From positions 12,524,001-12,588,000 of the forward strand of contig JBHGNT010000018.1 of assembly GCA_043228905.1 (NCBI GenBank): DNA of 64,000 bases, given 5' to 3'. The translations under genes were made by a program, and so were the position numbers. Under the pieces are notes generated by a model that made no database searches, was not told the DNA's origin, and was given only the letters and a program-made list of their open reading frames with translations. This document shows positions 24,733 to 35,746 of this stretch, piece after piece. Each line of letters begins with the position of its first letter. Positions within the stretch are counted from its first letter, which is position 1. Source of the DNA: Azolla caroliniana (lineage: Eukaryota; Plantae; Polypodiophyta).

Positions 24733-26540
24733 CCGGAGCTGGCACCACCATTCTTCTCCAATCCAGAGAAGGACCGGTAGTAGTAGACACTAGCAGTCCG
24801 GCGATTACGGTTATTATTAAAGGAAGAGAGATACCCTGAACAATTGTTGACAGAGGCTCCGGTGTGAACGTGATCAACCAACGAACATGCGATACCCTGG
24901 GTATCAGAGAATGGGAACCGTGCCCATTCTGGCTGAGAATGGCAGATACCAGTTCGGTTCGACCAACCGGACTCATTTGGAACTTAGAGATTACAATTGG
25001 AGGGCACGTGTTCCGAATATCCATAGTGGTCCTGCAACTCAATGCACAAGGGGCTTACCCTTGTTGTTAGGAAGACCATGGCTGCGGATAGCGCATATTA
25101 AGCAAAACTGGCAGAAACATGTAATTATCTTCCGACGAGGGAAGACGAAAGTGCTGGTGCCGACACAACCACGCACGAGTACAAGGACCTGACACCGCTC
25201 TATGTAGAAAGTATTAATATGTTAGATGGTCTGGCGAATGACGAAGTCGATCAATACCTGGAAGAATATCCAAAGATCGTACCGTTATTTGAAGTGGACG
25301 TGGCCGAAGCTGTCACACCATATGTCACACACCAGGAAGGAGAATTTGACGAGCTGGATCCAGAGGCGATCCAGGAACTGCGGCAAGCACAGGAATCACT
25401 AGAGTGGAAAATGGCTGTATCTCAAAGAGTGAAAGCATCCTAGCTAGAAGAGGTGGACCTCGGGACCGATGAAGCACCGAAACTGGTGAACATGGCAAAG
25501 GAATTGCCACGGGAAGAGAAAATGGCAATGATTGAACTTCTCAAAGAATTTCGAGATGTGTTTGCTTGGTCATATGGGGATATGCGAGGATTGGATCCCC
25601 AACTATACCAACACCAGATCCACCTTAGCAAGGACGCAAGGCCGGTAGCATAGCGATGGTACCAGATGAACCCAAACTATGCATAAAAAGTTAAAGAAGA
25701 AATTGATAAGCTGCTAAGAGTTGGTTTTATCCGACCAGTGAAACAAACGGCATGGTTGAGTCTGATAGTTGTCGTACCAAAGAAAAACGGAAAGATTCGG
25801 GTTTGCGTTGACTACTGGAAGCTTAATGTTGCGACGGTGATGGACGCGTTCCCACTACCATTCATGGATGTTGTGTTAGATGCAGTAGCCGGTCATGAGG
25901 TATAAAGTTTCTTAGACGGATTCAGCGGATACAATCAAATTCAGATGCACCCGAGGGATCAGGAAAAGATGGCATTCATCACATAATGGGGAGTGTTCAT
26001 AGCGGTAGTTATGATGTTCGGACTCATTGTTAATATTGATTGAATCTTGCAAAGACTAGAAGATGTTGCTCCGTCCGTTAATGTTTTTAGGGGAGAAATG
26101 AGTGTTCGGGAAATCAAAGCTTTTGGTGGTGGGATGTTTGTGTGGGTCTTGTGGCCGTAAACATTCTCTAGTGAAAGTGAATGCGATGCAATAAATGGAA
26201 GAAGCAGTACAAATCGTAGACGGAAGTGAGGAGGTTTCTAGGGCTTGTGCATTTATCATATTTGGATTCGGCATTACGGTCATGTGGCCAAGCCCTTAAG
26301 AGGGGTAAGAGGGAGTAGTAACTTCTTTGATTAAGAAAGAAGACACTAATGACAGAATTCATACACACAATATATTTACATATATGTATATATTCTTTGA
26401 GGGCAGTTCTAAGATTTAGTTTTAATGAGTAGGAGGAGGGGTATTGGTGATAGTTTTTGCAAAAGTATTAATTAAAAAGAACTAGATTTCTCTCTCTCTC
26501 TCTCTCGCTTTCTCTCTGTGTGTGTGTGTATGTATACACA

Positions 26541-26583
26541 TATATAAAGAGAGATAGATAGAGAGAAGCAACATAAACCCTAA
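26541..26583 (+). promoter_or_regulatory. Putative core promoter of the Alba gene: TATA box and telobox
   Basis: TATATAAA at 26541-26548 and AAACCCTAA at 26575-26583, just upstream of the ATG at 26619; CT/GT microsatellites further upstream. Confidence 0.5.
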
Positions 26584-26618
26584 AAGGATTTTTCTGTTGA
26601 ATTCCCTCTCTGTTGGCG

Positions 26619-26918
26619 ATGGCGCAGCAGCAGCAGCAGAGCAGCAATGGAGGGACGGAGCAGAGTCAAGACGTCGCAGCCGATAATGCCAGAAAGAACA
26701 AAATCCAAGTGTCCAATACGAAGAAACCTCTGTTCTTCTATGTCAACCTAGCAAAGGTACGCATGCGCACGCAGACTCAGAATCTTCTCATCAAGCCTTA
26801 TTTTTAGGCATTTTTGAGAAATCTAGGTACATAAACTTCATGAATTCGCGAGATTTTTTATTTTTCCTCTTCAATGACTGGTAAAGAAGTAAGCGACCTG
26901 TTTAGGAAGGGGGGGCAC

Positions 26919-26955
<37 letters not shown>

Positions 26956-28476
26956 TCTAGTCAGAGAAGAAGTAGATACATCATATGTATAGATGGTAGT
27001 CTTCAGTCAGGGAACAAAACGATACATCATATACGTGGATGGATAGAGAAGCTCCCATATTAGGAAGAAATGCCCTGATAAACTCTTAGTAAATTCTATT
27101 TCACAGACAAAATATCCAATACCCACCTTCATCATTAGAGAAGTAACGGAGACCAATGAAGAAGGAATATATATATATATATATAGTGCAATTACGTTAT
27201 CATACCCACGTCAAAGTAAAATTAAATCAAGAAAATAGAATCACATCCACATATGAAAATTTGAATAGAGAACTTTGTTTGATTCATGATTTCCCATAAT
27301 ATTTAAAGAAAATTTGTGTAGGCTCGATTGCCATGTTTTTGTGTTTTATAGGATATTAACAACATCTTCTCTTTCAGAGGTTTATGCAACAATATGAGGA
27401 AGTGGAGCTGTCTGCACTAGGAATGGGTAAGACACTTCTTAATTCCTGTGAATCCTAAACGTGGCTGTTATGGTTTGAAAATGTACAATCCTAGCTTCTA
27501 GTGCTAGAATTTTTTCATGGCTGATTTTGTGCTCTTATTTTTTCAGCCATTTCTACTGTTGTGACTGTGGTGGAAATATTGAAAAACAATGGGCTAGTTA
27601 TTGTGAAGAGTAAGCAACTCTGTTTCATTTTTTGACTTCAAACATTCAGGTTGTAATTTGGATGCTTCTGTCTATAAAAAGTATTAGTCTTGTCACATGT
27701 AACCATTGAGTAGTTGATGAGACCCTGTTGAAAGAAATAGTTACTTTTTCAGAATTCCTTCTTGAAGTTCGTCAAACAGGTTAATAAGCATGTTAACATA
27801 TCAATTATTCAGATTGAATATGGAACTTGGTTACAGCAATAATTAGTAATCTATATTTCTATAAGTAATTAGATTCTTGCAGTGAGCAACATTCTGACAT
27901 ATTCTGTAAATATGATCAAATTATAACTATTTCCCTTCATTATCACAGAGATATACACATCAACCATTGACATAGGTGATGAGATGCGTGGGCGGATGGT
28001 ACAAAAACCAAAGGTGTGATATTCAGCTTGAGCTTGGTGTTTTCAATTCTTCAAAAAACAAGAACTGAAGAATGATCCTTTTTACCCCTCTATCTAATTA
28101 TATTCGTTGATTCAAGTTGTGTTAGGATGATTTTGCAAGAGTAAGCACAAAAATAAAAAGTTAACTATTATTTTTAATGATATCATTACAAATGAATATT
28201 TTCCTCTTTGATATTTGGCAATGCAAATTGTTTTAGGCTGATTTTAGTTTTGCAAAAAGCAACAAAAATATTTTTCTTCTTACTGTTTTCTTGATAATTG
28301 TGTGTATGAATAATCTAAAACTTAGTGTTGAATTTCTCAGATGGAAATAACATTCTAAAATCTGGTATTGAATTTCTCAGATGGAGATAACATTGAAGAA
28401 ATCAGACAACTTTGATGAGATCATGGCGGCTGCCACTCATGAAGAAAATGGGACCAATGATCAATACGAGCAGTAG
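26619..28476 (+). CDS. ALBA: Alba-domain DNA/RNA-binding protein (Rpp20-like subfamily, AtALBA1/2-like), 5 exons, 136 aa
   Basis: Exons 26619-26756, 27378-27426, 27547-27609, 27949-28013 and 28381-28476, all with GT-AG introns and consistent phase. Spliced protein: ...RKNKIQVSNTKKPLFFYVNLAK RFMQQYEEVELSALGM AISTVVTVVEILKNNGLVIVK KIYTSTIDIGDEMRGRMVQKPK MEITLKKSDNFDEIMAAA..., the plant short-Alba signature. Confidence 0.95.
28314..28393 (+). repeat. 40-bp tandem duplication spanning the last splice acceptor
   Basis: TCTAAAACTTAGTGTTGAATTTCTCAG|ATGGAAATAACAT followed by TCTAAAATCTGGTATTGAATTTCTCAG|ATGGAGATAACAT. Confidence 0.92.
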
Positions 28477-29983
28477 ACTATTAGATCTCTCACCTTTTCA
28501 TAGCTAATCCGGAGCAGTATTTTTGTCGTGTTTCTCTCTACTGCAGGTCTTTTAACCTTTCCTTATTTTCCCTTGAGAATGTTGTATAGACTAGATTTGT
28601 ACTCTCCAACAGAAATTTTCTTGAAAGCCAAGTGGTTTTTTGTCTGTTCTTGTTTTCTTCTCTAGCTTGTTAAATGTTAGTTGATTTTAACATTACAGTA
28701 ACTGTTTGCCTGAATAATTTGTTTTAAATTGTATCATAACACTGTTGGTACATATGTATTCTCTAGATTAGTTCATTTACATATCATATCTACTGGACCA
28801 TGGGTTGCCGCATATCTCATTTTTATGTTTCTCAACAATACATGAAATCATCTCAAGGGTTTATGATTAAGGGAAACTATGTACTTTGCTTAATGGAGAC
28901 GAAAATTTAAACTAGATATTCTTTTATTTTGTGTTCATGACTAGATACTTGTTTTTTGGAGTAACTGATGCATATTTTGGCAAGTTTTTTGGAGTAACCA
29001 ATGTGTAGTTTTTTCTAATTTTAACAGCAAAACCATACTGGAAATTGACACCTGTATATATATGCTTTTTTAGCTAGGAATTCATGCAACAGGTCAGTGT
29101 GGATAGACTTGTAGTAATGTTCTTGCCCTCTAGCAGATAAAACTTACAACGTTATATGTCCATTATGCAAACCTTACGTTTCTTCTTAATCTGAAAAATC
29201 AGGTGCTTGAGGTGCCAATCTATCTTAGCATCTGCTATTTGTTCTCTTGCAGTTTCCCACAATTGGGAAGCTAAATTGTGTTTGCATGTTTGCAATATGG
29301 CTTATAAAACCGATTGGAGTGTGAAGAGGTTAACCTTACCCAATGAGAAATTTGAGGTCCAAGCAAAACTTGTAGGTATTACCCATCTGATCCTTCCTAA
29401 TGATAATACCAAGGGGAAAGTAGGCTATGGAACCAAGCTCATATGATTAAGGAAAATAAAAAAATTTAAATGTCTTTTTCTTAATAAATTCTTTTTAACA
29501 ACTGTTCTAGGTAGTATGATCATCTTTCGTGTGTTGAGTTCAAATTATCATGGAGTACACAATGTTTTTATTATACATATTCACTTGACAAAAAGCCTTT
29601 GCTAGTCACCAATGTAATTTGAAAACCTTCTGAGGGTAATGTAACTAAGATAATTAATTGTATTACAAATTATAGATCAGAGTGAAGCAACCATATTGTA
29701 AAGAGATGATATTGTGAAGAGATGATGATTTATGTGGATAAGTACAGAGGGTCTTCTATAGGTTTTCCAAAGCTCAAATTTTCTCTCAATTTAGCTTAGT
29801 ATATCTAGTTCTCATGCTTTGAAAGTACATCTCTACTTTTCCACCTCAATTAATCTTTTTAAAAAAAGAAAGAATGATATAAAATGTATTAGAAGTTAGA
29901 ACTATGAAAAATAAAAATTTACTTAAGAAAATTAAATAAAGAACAAGATTGAGTTCAAGAAGAGAATGAGAGGCGATTATTAA

Positions 29984-30298
29984 TAGGAATCCGCAATTGT
30001 TCAGTTTGGCTTAACTGGTTTGGCCTTGTCCAAACCAAGGCGATTAAGCTTTAACCGGTTTGAGAGTTTTCAAACTTGAATCGAACTGATTAACTAGTTT
30101 GGCTAAACTAGTTAAGCCTTAACTAGTTTAGGAATTGCTTTGGCCCTAAATGGTTTGGTTCAGCTTGAGCCTTGCCAAACCGAACTCAAATTGGTTAAGG
30201 AGGTTCAACCTTGAACAGAGCTGAGCTGAACCGTTAAACCATTTTAAAGTGGTTTAACGGCTCAGTTCAAGCTTGATTTGAGCTGTTGCCGACTCCTA
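29984..30298. mobile_element. hAT-like MITE (315 bp)
   Basis: Imperfect TIRs (TAGGAATCCGCAATTGTTCA vs reverse complement TAGGAGTCGGCAACAGCTCA, 15/20), many internal AAACC/GGTTT/TTAAC motifs, and 8-bp flanks ATTATTAA/ATTGATAA. Confidence 0.55.
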
Positions 30299-30518
30299 AT
30301 TGATAATGTATAAAAAATAAGAACAAGAAAACAAGAGCATGTCGAAGACTTGCATTGAATCAAAATGTTTCATCAAAATCAGATGACATGCTTATAAAGC
30401 ATGCATGATTTGGACACATGTGCTCGCTATCTCACAACAATGCATGATCACCACTTGATATCTATGAAAGACTTGACTGTCATGAATGAGCTCTATGTGA
30501 GGCATATTGTTAAAAAAC

Positions 30519-30785
30519 GAGTGTTCTACATTTATAATATGTTTTAGAATACTCTTACGTAGTCTACATAGTCATTTTAATTTTTTTTCACATATTCTTA
30601 AGTATTTGATGTATTCAACATATTCTACGTATTTAACTAATATTTAACATTTCAAAAAAGTTTAAAAATTTTAAAAATTTAAGATTATTTAAAAAAAAAT
30701 ATAAACTTTAAGAAGTATGTATTTAAAATATTGTACACTTAGTATTTTAACATACTTAACATATTTTATCTATAGAATACAACTC
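30519..30785. mobile_element. Possible AT-rich foldback/MITE remnant
   Basis: Loosely inverted ends (GAGTGTTCTACATTTATAATATGTT vs reverse complement GAGTTGTATTCTATAGATAAAATATGTT); no clear TSD. Confidence 0.3.
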
Positions 30786-32715
30786 CCTGCCTGTACTTGC
30801 TCGAGGGTGGGTAGGTACCCTTACTTTAGTTTTTCCTCGTTAGAAGGTGATCATGTTTTTCTGCCAGTTTTGTTTGACATGCGCCATTTTTAGCCATGGC
30901 CGGCCCAACAACGGCGGGTAAGCCCCTTGTGCATTGAGTTGGAGAACCACCGCTGAAATGCGGAATGCGTGACCTTCGATAGTTACGTCTAGATCTCGTA
31001 TCAAGGCTCCCATTCCTGGATTCCTGGATTCCCAAGGTATTACAAGTCCGTAGACTGATCACGTTCACGCCCGATCCTCCGTCCACAATTGTTCCTGGTA
31101 GTTCTCGTCCTTTGACGATGGCAGTGATTGCCAGACTGTTCGTGTCTACCACTGTTGGCCCTTCTTTCGGATTTGAGAAGAACGCAGGAGCCGGCAATGG
31201 AATTGATGTGGTCATTCATGATTTCAGCCCTTCTGTAAACTGGGGCACTAGTTGTAATAACCGACCCAATGGCAGCGTAATTTGACATTCTTGTAATGCT
31301 TGCCATGTTGGGTTTTTCGGCTGAATCGTGTCGGTTGCCCCTTTCGGTTTCTCCTTTTGTTGTTCAAGCTCAGCCACATTTTGCTCATTTGCCTTCTTCA
31401 CCCACTTGGTGGCTTGCTTTCGAATTGCCTCCTATGTTTCCCACTCCGTTGTTTTGCCTTTTGCCCTGATGGTGACTTGTTGTATGTCGGCAACTTCTGC
31501 TACCACCATATTTATGGCGGATCTTTTCTCGTAGCTTTTAACTGGACATTGATTACTGTAATGTCCTTCTTGCCGGCAATAGTAGCAGTACGCTTTCCAG
31601 GTATTGCTGGATTTGGCGTTCGCTCCGGTACCCGGTTGAGGTCCTATTGGTGGTCGGTTGGGTGCTTGGCCTTGGTCCGGTTGGGTACTTGAGGTGCCCT
31701 TCTCCGGCCGCCACTAGCGGTCCTCCTTTATAGCGTTCCATTTTTTGTTGAAGCGTTTTTTGTTCCGATAACCTTGTCGGGGCCGGTTTTCATGGTTGCC
31801 TAGATCCTCCCTCCGTTGGTTGTAACCAGGGGAGTGATCCCGATTGTATCGCTCATATCGTTCACCATTGTAATCCCGGTAGCTATCCTGCCGGTCTCGG
31901 TCGTGAGCGTCCTTTCGGTCGCTGTTCCGGGTATCTTGCGCCGGTCGGTAACGCTCATCTCGCTGCCAACGTTCTTCTTCCTGTTGCTCCGGGGTTCGAT
32001 TTGCCTTGCCCGTAAACCTGTTACAGGCATGACCATTTAATATCCTGTGGTGAGAATCTACCATAGTATTCTATACACGTGGATAAGTGTGAGGGTTAAA
32101 CGAGAGTGTAAAGAAGGGGAGGATTACTTTTAATCCTCGGGATTGAGACAACCCATTAGGTCAAGTGTGAACTTGCCTGGGGGCCTTGGGTATCGCTATA
32201 AATAAGAGGCCTAGCTACCCTCATTTGATGATCTTTTGACTACATCGAGACTCTGCTCTTGTGGTGGGTCAACTCTTGTAGCGAGCGCGCTAGCACCAGG
32301 TACGACTCGACGCCATGACGGTGGTATGGGACGCCGATCGAGACTCGAGTCCGTCTCGATCCCTTCGCTCGGGGGTGGTCGGGTGGATCGACACCCTTCT
32401 TTCTCTCTCTCCTTTCTATCTATCATTAGTTTATCCTTATCTTAAGCTTACTTTAGTACCTAGATCTCTAATATTTGGTTTCAGAGCTATGTACTAATGT
32501 TTCTTTGTTTGTCTTTTGTCTTTTGATTGATGGTGATCGATCGATGTGCGGTCGGCCTTGATCCAGACAACGATCAAAAAAGAACTTCGGTAACTCTTTC
32601 CGTAATTTTTTTTTTCTATTCTCTCTTCATTAAGTTTATATGTCATTTTTTTCATTAAGTCAATGATGTTGTGGTGGTCTTTAATTGATTATCTAAAACG
32701 TTTACATATGTGCAC

Positions 32716-32957
32716 GAGGTCAATACCTCGTTTGACATATAAATAATACGTGATGAGTGTCGTATGCGTATGAGGTTAATACCTCAATTATGTATTACGT
32801 TCACAGACATATGTTATGTTTGCGTATGAGTTTAATACCTTGATTTGTTGTAAAGGATATGCGTTTGGTCTCATATCGTAAGAGGTCAATACCTCAATTG
32901 CGTATTACGATGATCTCTTATTTGAGGATGTTTCGTGTGCGTAGAGGTATATACCTC
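32716..32957 (+). repeat. Five regularly spaced 14-bp hairpin motifs GAGGT-N4-ACCTC
   Basis: Copies start at 32716, 32772, 32828 (degenerate), 32882 and 32944. Confidence 0.85.
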
Positions 32958-33119
32958 GATCACACCATTTGTGGCTATTTAATATAACGATATGTTTAAT
33001 CTAGGCATATGTGGTCACGTATATACGTATTTGATCGTATATATGTGATAAGTAAACATATGTGTATATTCGTTATTACGTGATTATATCGAAAGTTGTC
33101 CTTGTCGGGAAAAGGATGT

Positions 33120-35746
33120 TGGTGTCGGTAAAAAAGAAAGAGGGCACATGGCGTATGTGTATTAATTACCGACGCTTGAATAAAGTGACGATCAAGAATT
33201 CGTACCCATTGCCCCAGGTTGACGATCAAATACGAATAAGTGAGGACGATGTTCCTAAAACGACATTTCGTACGCGCTATGGCCATTATGAGTTTTTGGT
33301 TATGCCTTTTGGTTTGACAAATGCTCCGGCTACATTTCAACAAGAAATGAATGACATTTTCCAAGAACAACTTAGAAAATTTGTCGTTATTTTCTTGGAT
33401 GATATTTTAGTTTATAGTTGTACATTAGAAGAACATGCTAAACATGTCCGCTTTGTTTTACAAACATTGCGTGACAAACAGTTTTATGCGAAGATCTCAA
33501 AATGTGAGTTCTTCAAGAAATCAATTACTTATCTTGGACATCTCATAACCGAACGAGGAGTTGAAATTGATCCTTCTCGCATCGAGAAAATCAAGCTTTG
33601 GCCCACTCTTCGGAATATTAGAGAAGTTCTATCATTCCTTGGTTTTGTCGGGTTTTTGCGAAAATCTCTTTGTAATTACTCCCAATTGACGACGCCGTTT
33701 ACTGATCTTTTAAAAGGTCAAACACGTAAGTCTACAAAACCTATTGTGTGGAATGCTACACTAGACCTCGCCTTTAAGGAACTCAAGGACCTGGTTTGCA
33801 AGGCTCCTTCACTTCTTTTACTTGATCCTTCAAAACCTTTTGAGGTTGAAACCGATGCAAGCGATTATGCTATAGGTGCTGTCTTATATCAAGATGGTAA
33901 ACCAATAGCATTCGAGAGTAAGAAACTTGATTCTGCTCAATGTCAGTATACCATTCAAGAAAAGGAATTATTTGCAGTTATACATGCGCTCAAAACATGG
34001 CGCAATTATCTTTATGGAAATCGCTTTGTGGTAACTACGAACCACGAGTCCTTGAAATATTTTTGTGACCAACAAGACCTGAAAGGTCGTAAGGCACGAT
34101 GGGCTGATCTCATCTAGGACTTTGATTTTTCCATACGATATCGTAAAGGTTCCATGAACACTGTCGCTGATGCACTAAGTCGCATCCGTGAAGTTAACAT
34201 GCTTAGCTTCACTGAAATAACATCAGATCTTTATGATCACCTTCGAGGAAAGTATCCTGATGATAGTTATTTTGCAAAATACTGGGCAAGAGTTGAGTCT
34301 GGAACAGACAATACCACATCCTCGAAGGAATACTTCCACATTGCTCACGGTCTGCTCTACCGTAATGGGAAGGTTTGTGTTCCAGATTTACCCGAGGTCA
34401 AAAAGAGGATTCTTTTTGAATGCCATGATGCACCCTCAGTAGGGCACCCTGGAATACATCGTACACTCGTTCTCATCTCCACTCAATTTTATTGACCTAA
34501 GATGCGACCTGACATACATAGCTATGTGACTAAATGTCACCAGTGTCAGGTTAACAAAGCCGAGCGACTTAAAGCCGCAGGACTTTTACATCCCTTGGAC
34601 ATTCCCAATAATAAGTGGGAAAGTATATCCATGGATTTTATTGTTAGCCTTCCTCGCACCCAAAAAGGTCATGATGCCATCTGGGTTGTCGTTGATCGAC
34701 TAACTAAAATGGCCAGATTTATTGCTACTAAAACCACGGTAACAGCTCCTGAATTGGCTTACCAATTCGTTGACGAATTATTTCGTTTTTATGGATTACG
34801 GATGGATATCGTGAGTGATCGAGATCCAAAGTTTACTAGTGACTTCTGAACGCAAGTCTTTAATAAGTTAGAAACTACGTTGAGCATGAGCTCCACAGAT
34901 CATCCTCAATCCGATGGACAGACAGAACGAGTAAATCAAATTATTGAGGACATGCTTCGAGCATACGTTGGTGCAAAACCAACAAAATGGGAACGTTATC
35001 TCCCAATTTTGGAGTTTGCTTATAACAGTTCCAAGCATACATCGACGGGATATAGTCCTTTTATGTTGATGTATGGTTTTCAGCCACGAGCCCCGATTGA
35101 TGTTAATATACATCATGATGAGTTGCGAAGTACGCAAAACTTTCTTCGGGATATGCAAGATATGTTGCATATTGCACAAGATAATATAAAAACTGCTCAA
35201 GATAGAACCCATTTTTATGCCGACCATCATAGGCAACCTCATGTATTCAACCCTGGACAGAAGGTATTTTTACGTGTACCTCACAATTCTAAGACATTGT
35301 CTACGGGTAAGTGCGCTAAGGTAGCCCCATGGTTTTGTGGATCTTTTACAGTCCTCAAACGCATTGGGTCATCAGCCTATCGTCTCGCTCTTCCCGATGG
35401 TGTTGGAATTCATCCAGTCTTTCATGTGAGTCATCTAAAAGAACTTCTAGGTTTTGGCGACAACACAGTTACAACTAAAACTCTGGTTACTTCTGAAGAT
35501 TTATCTTCAAAACCACAAGTACCAGAAAGAATTCTCAATGTTAAAACAAAAAAGTTACGTACTAAAGAAATCTTAGAATTTAAAATTAAATGGATGGACA
35601 AATCTATCAAAGATGCCACATGGGAACGCGAGAATACTCTAAGAACAAACTTCCCTAACTTTCCATTGCAAGAGTCCAATGTTTTAAAGAAGGGAGTATG
35701 TTACGGGCATGACCATTTAATATCCCGTGGTGAGAATTTACCGTAG
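33120..35746 (+). pseudogene. pol: pol remnant: RT, RNase H, integrase, chromodomain, with in-frame stops
   Basis: [72 protein letters not shown]...KW...DATWE. About 19 codons are missing between PLPQVDD and QIRI; the frame runs into the 3' LTR. Confidence 0.92.

Larger units (their letters stand above)
20577..26025 (+). mobile_element. Degenerate Athila/Tat-like gypsy: 5' LTR 20577-21034, gag, PR, RT, truncated inside RT
   Basis: LTR TGTTGG...AAACA is related to the 58733 LTR and followed by CAGTTTTGAAGACCAC (decayed PBS). Gag Cys/His motifs CTTCLNPGHSTLEC and CMLCNSRSHTMDRC. RT runs to ...VVMMFGL at ~26025. Confidence 0.88.

Noticed and set aside
32716-32957. CRISPR array (palindromic repeats with spacers)
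   Set aside because: Repeats are only 14 bp and imperfect, two spacers are related, there are no cas genes, and the context is a eukaryotic retrotransposon leader. Kept only as a hairpin array.
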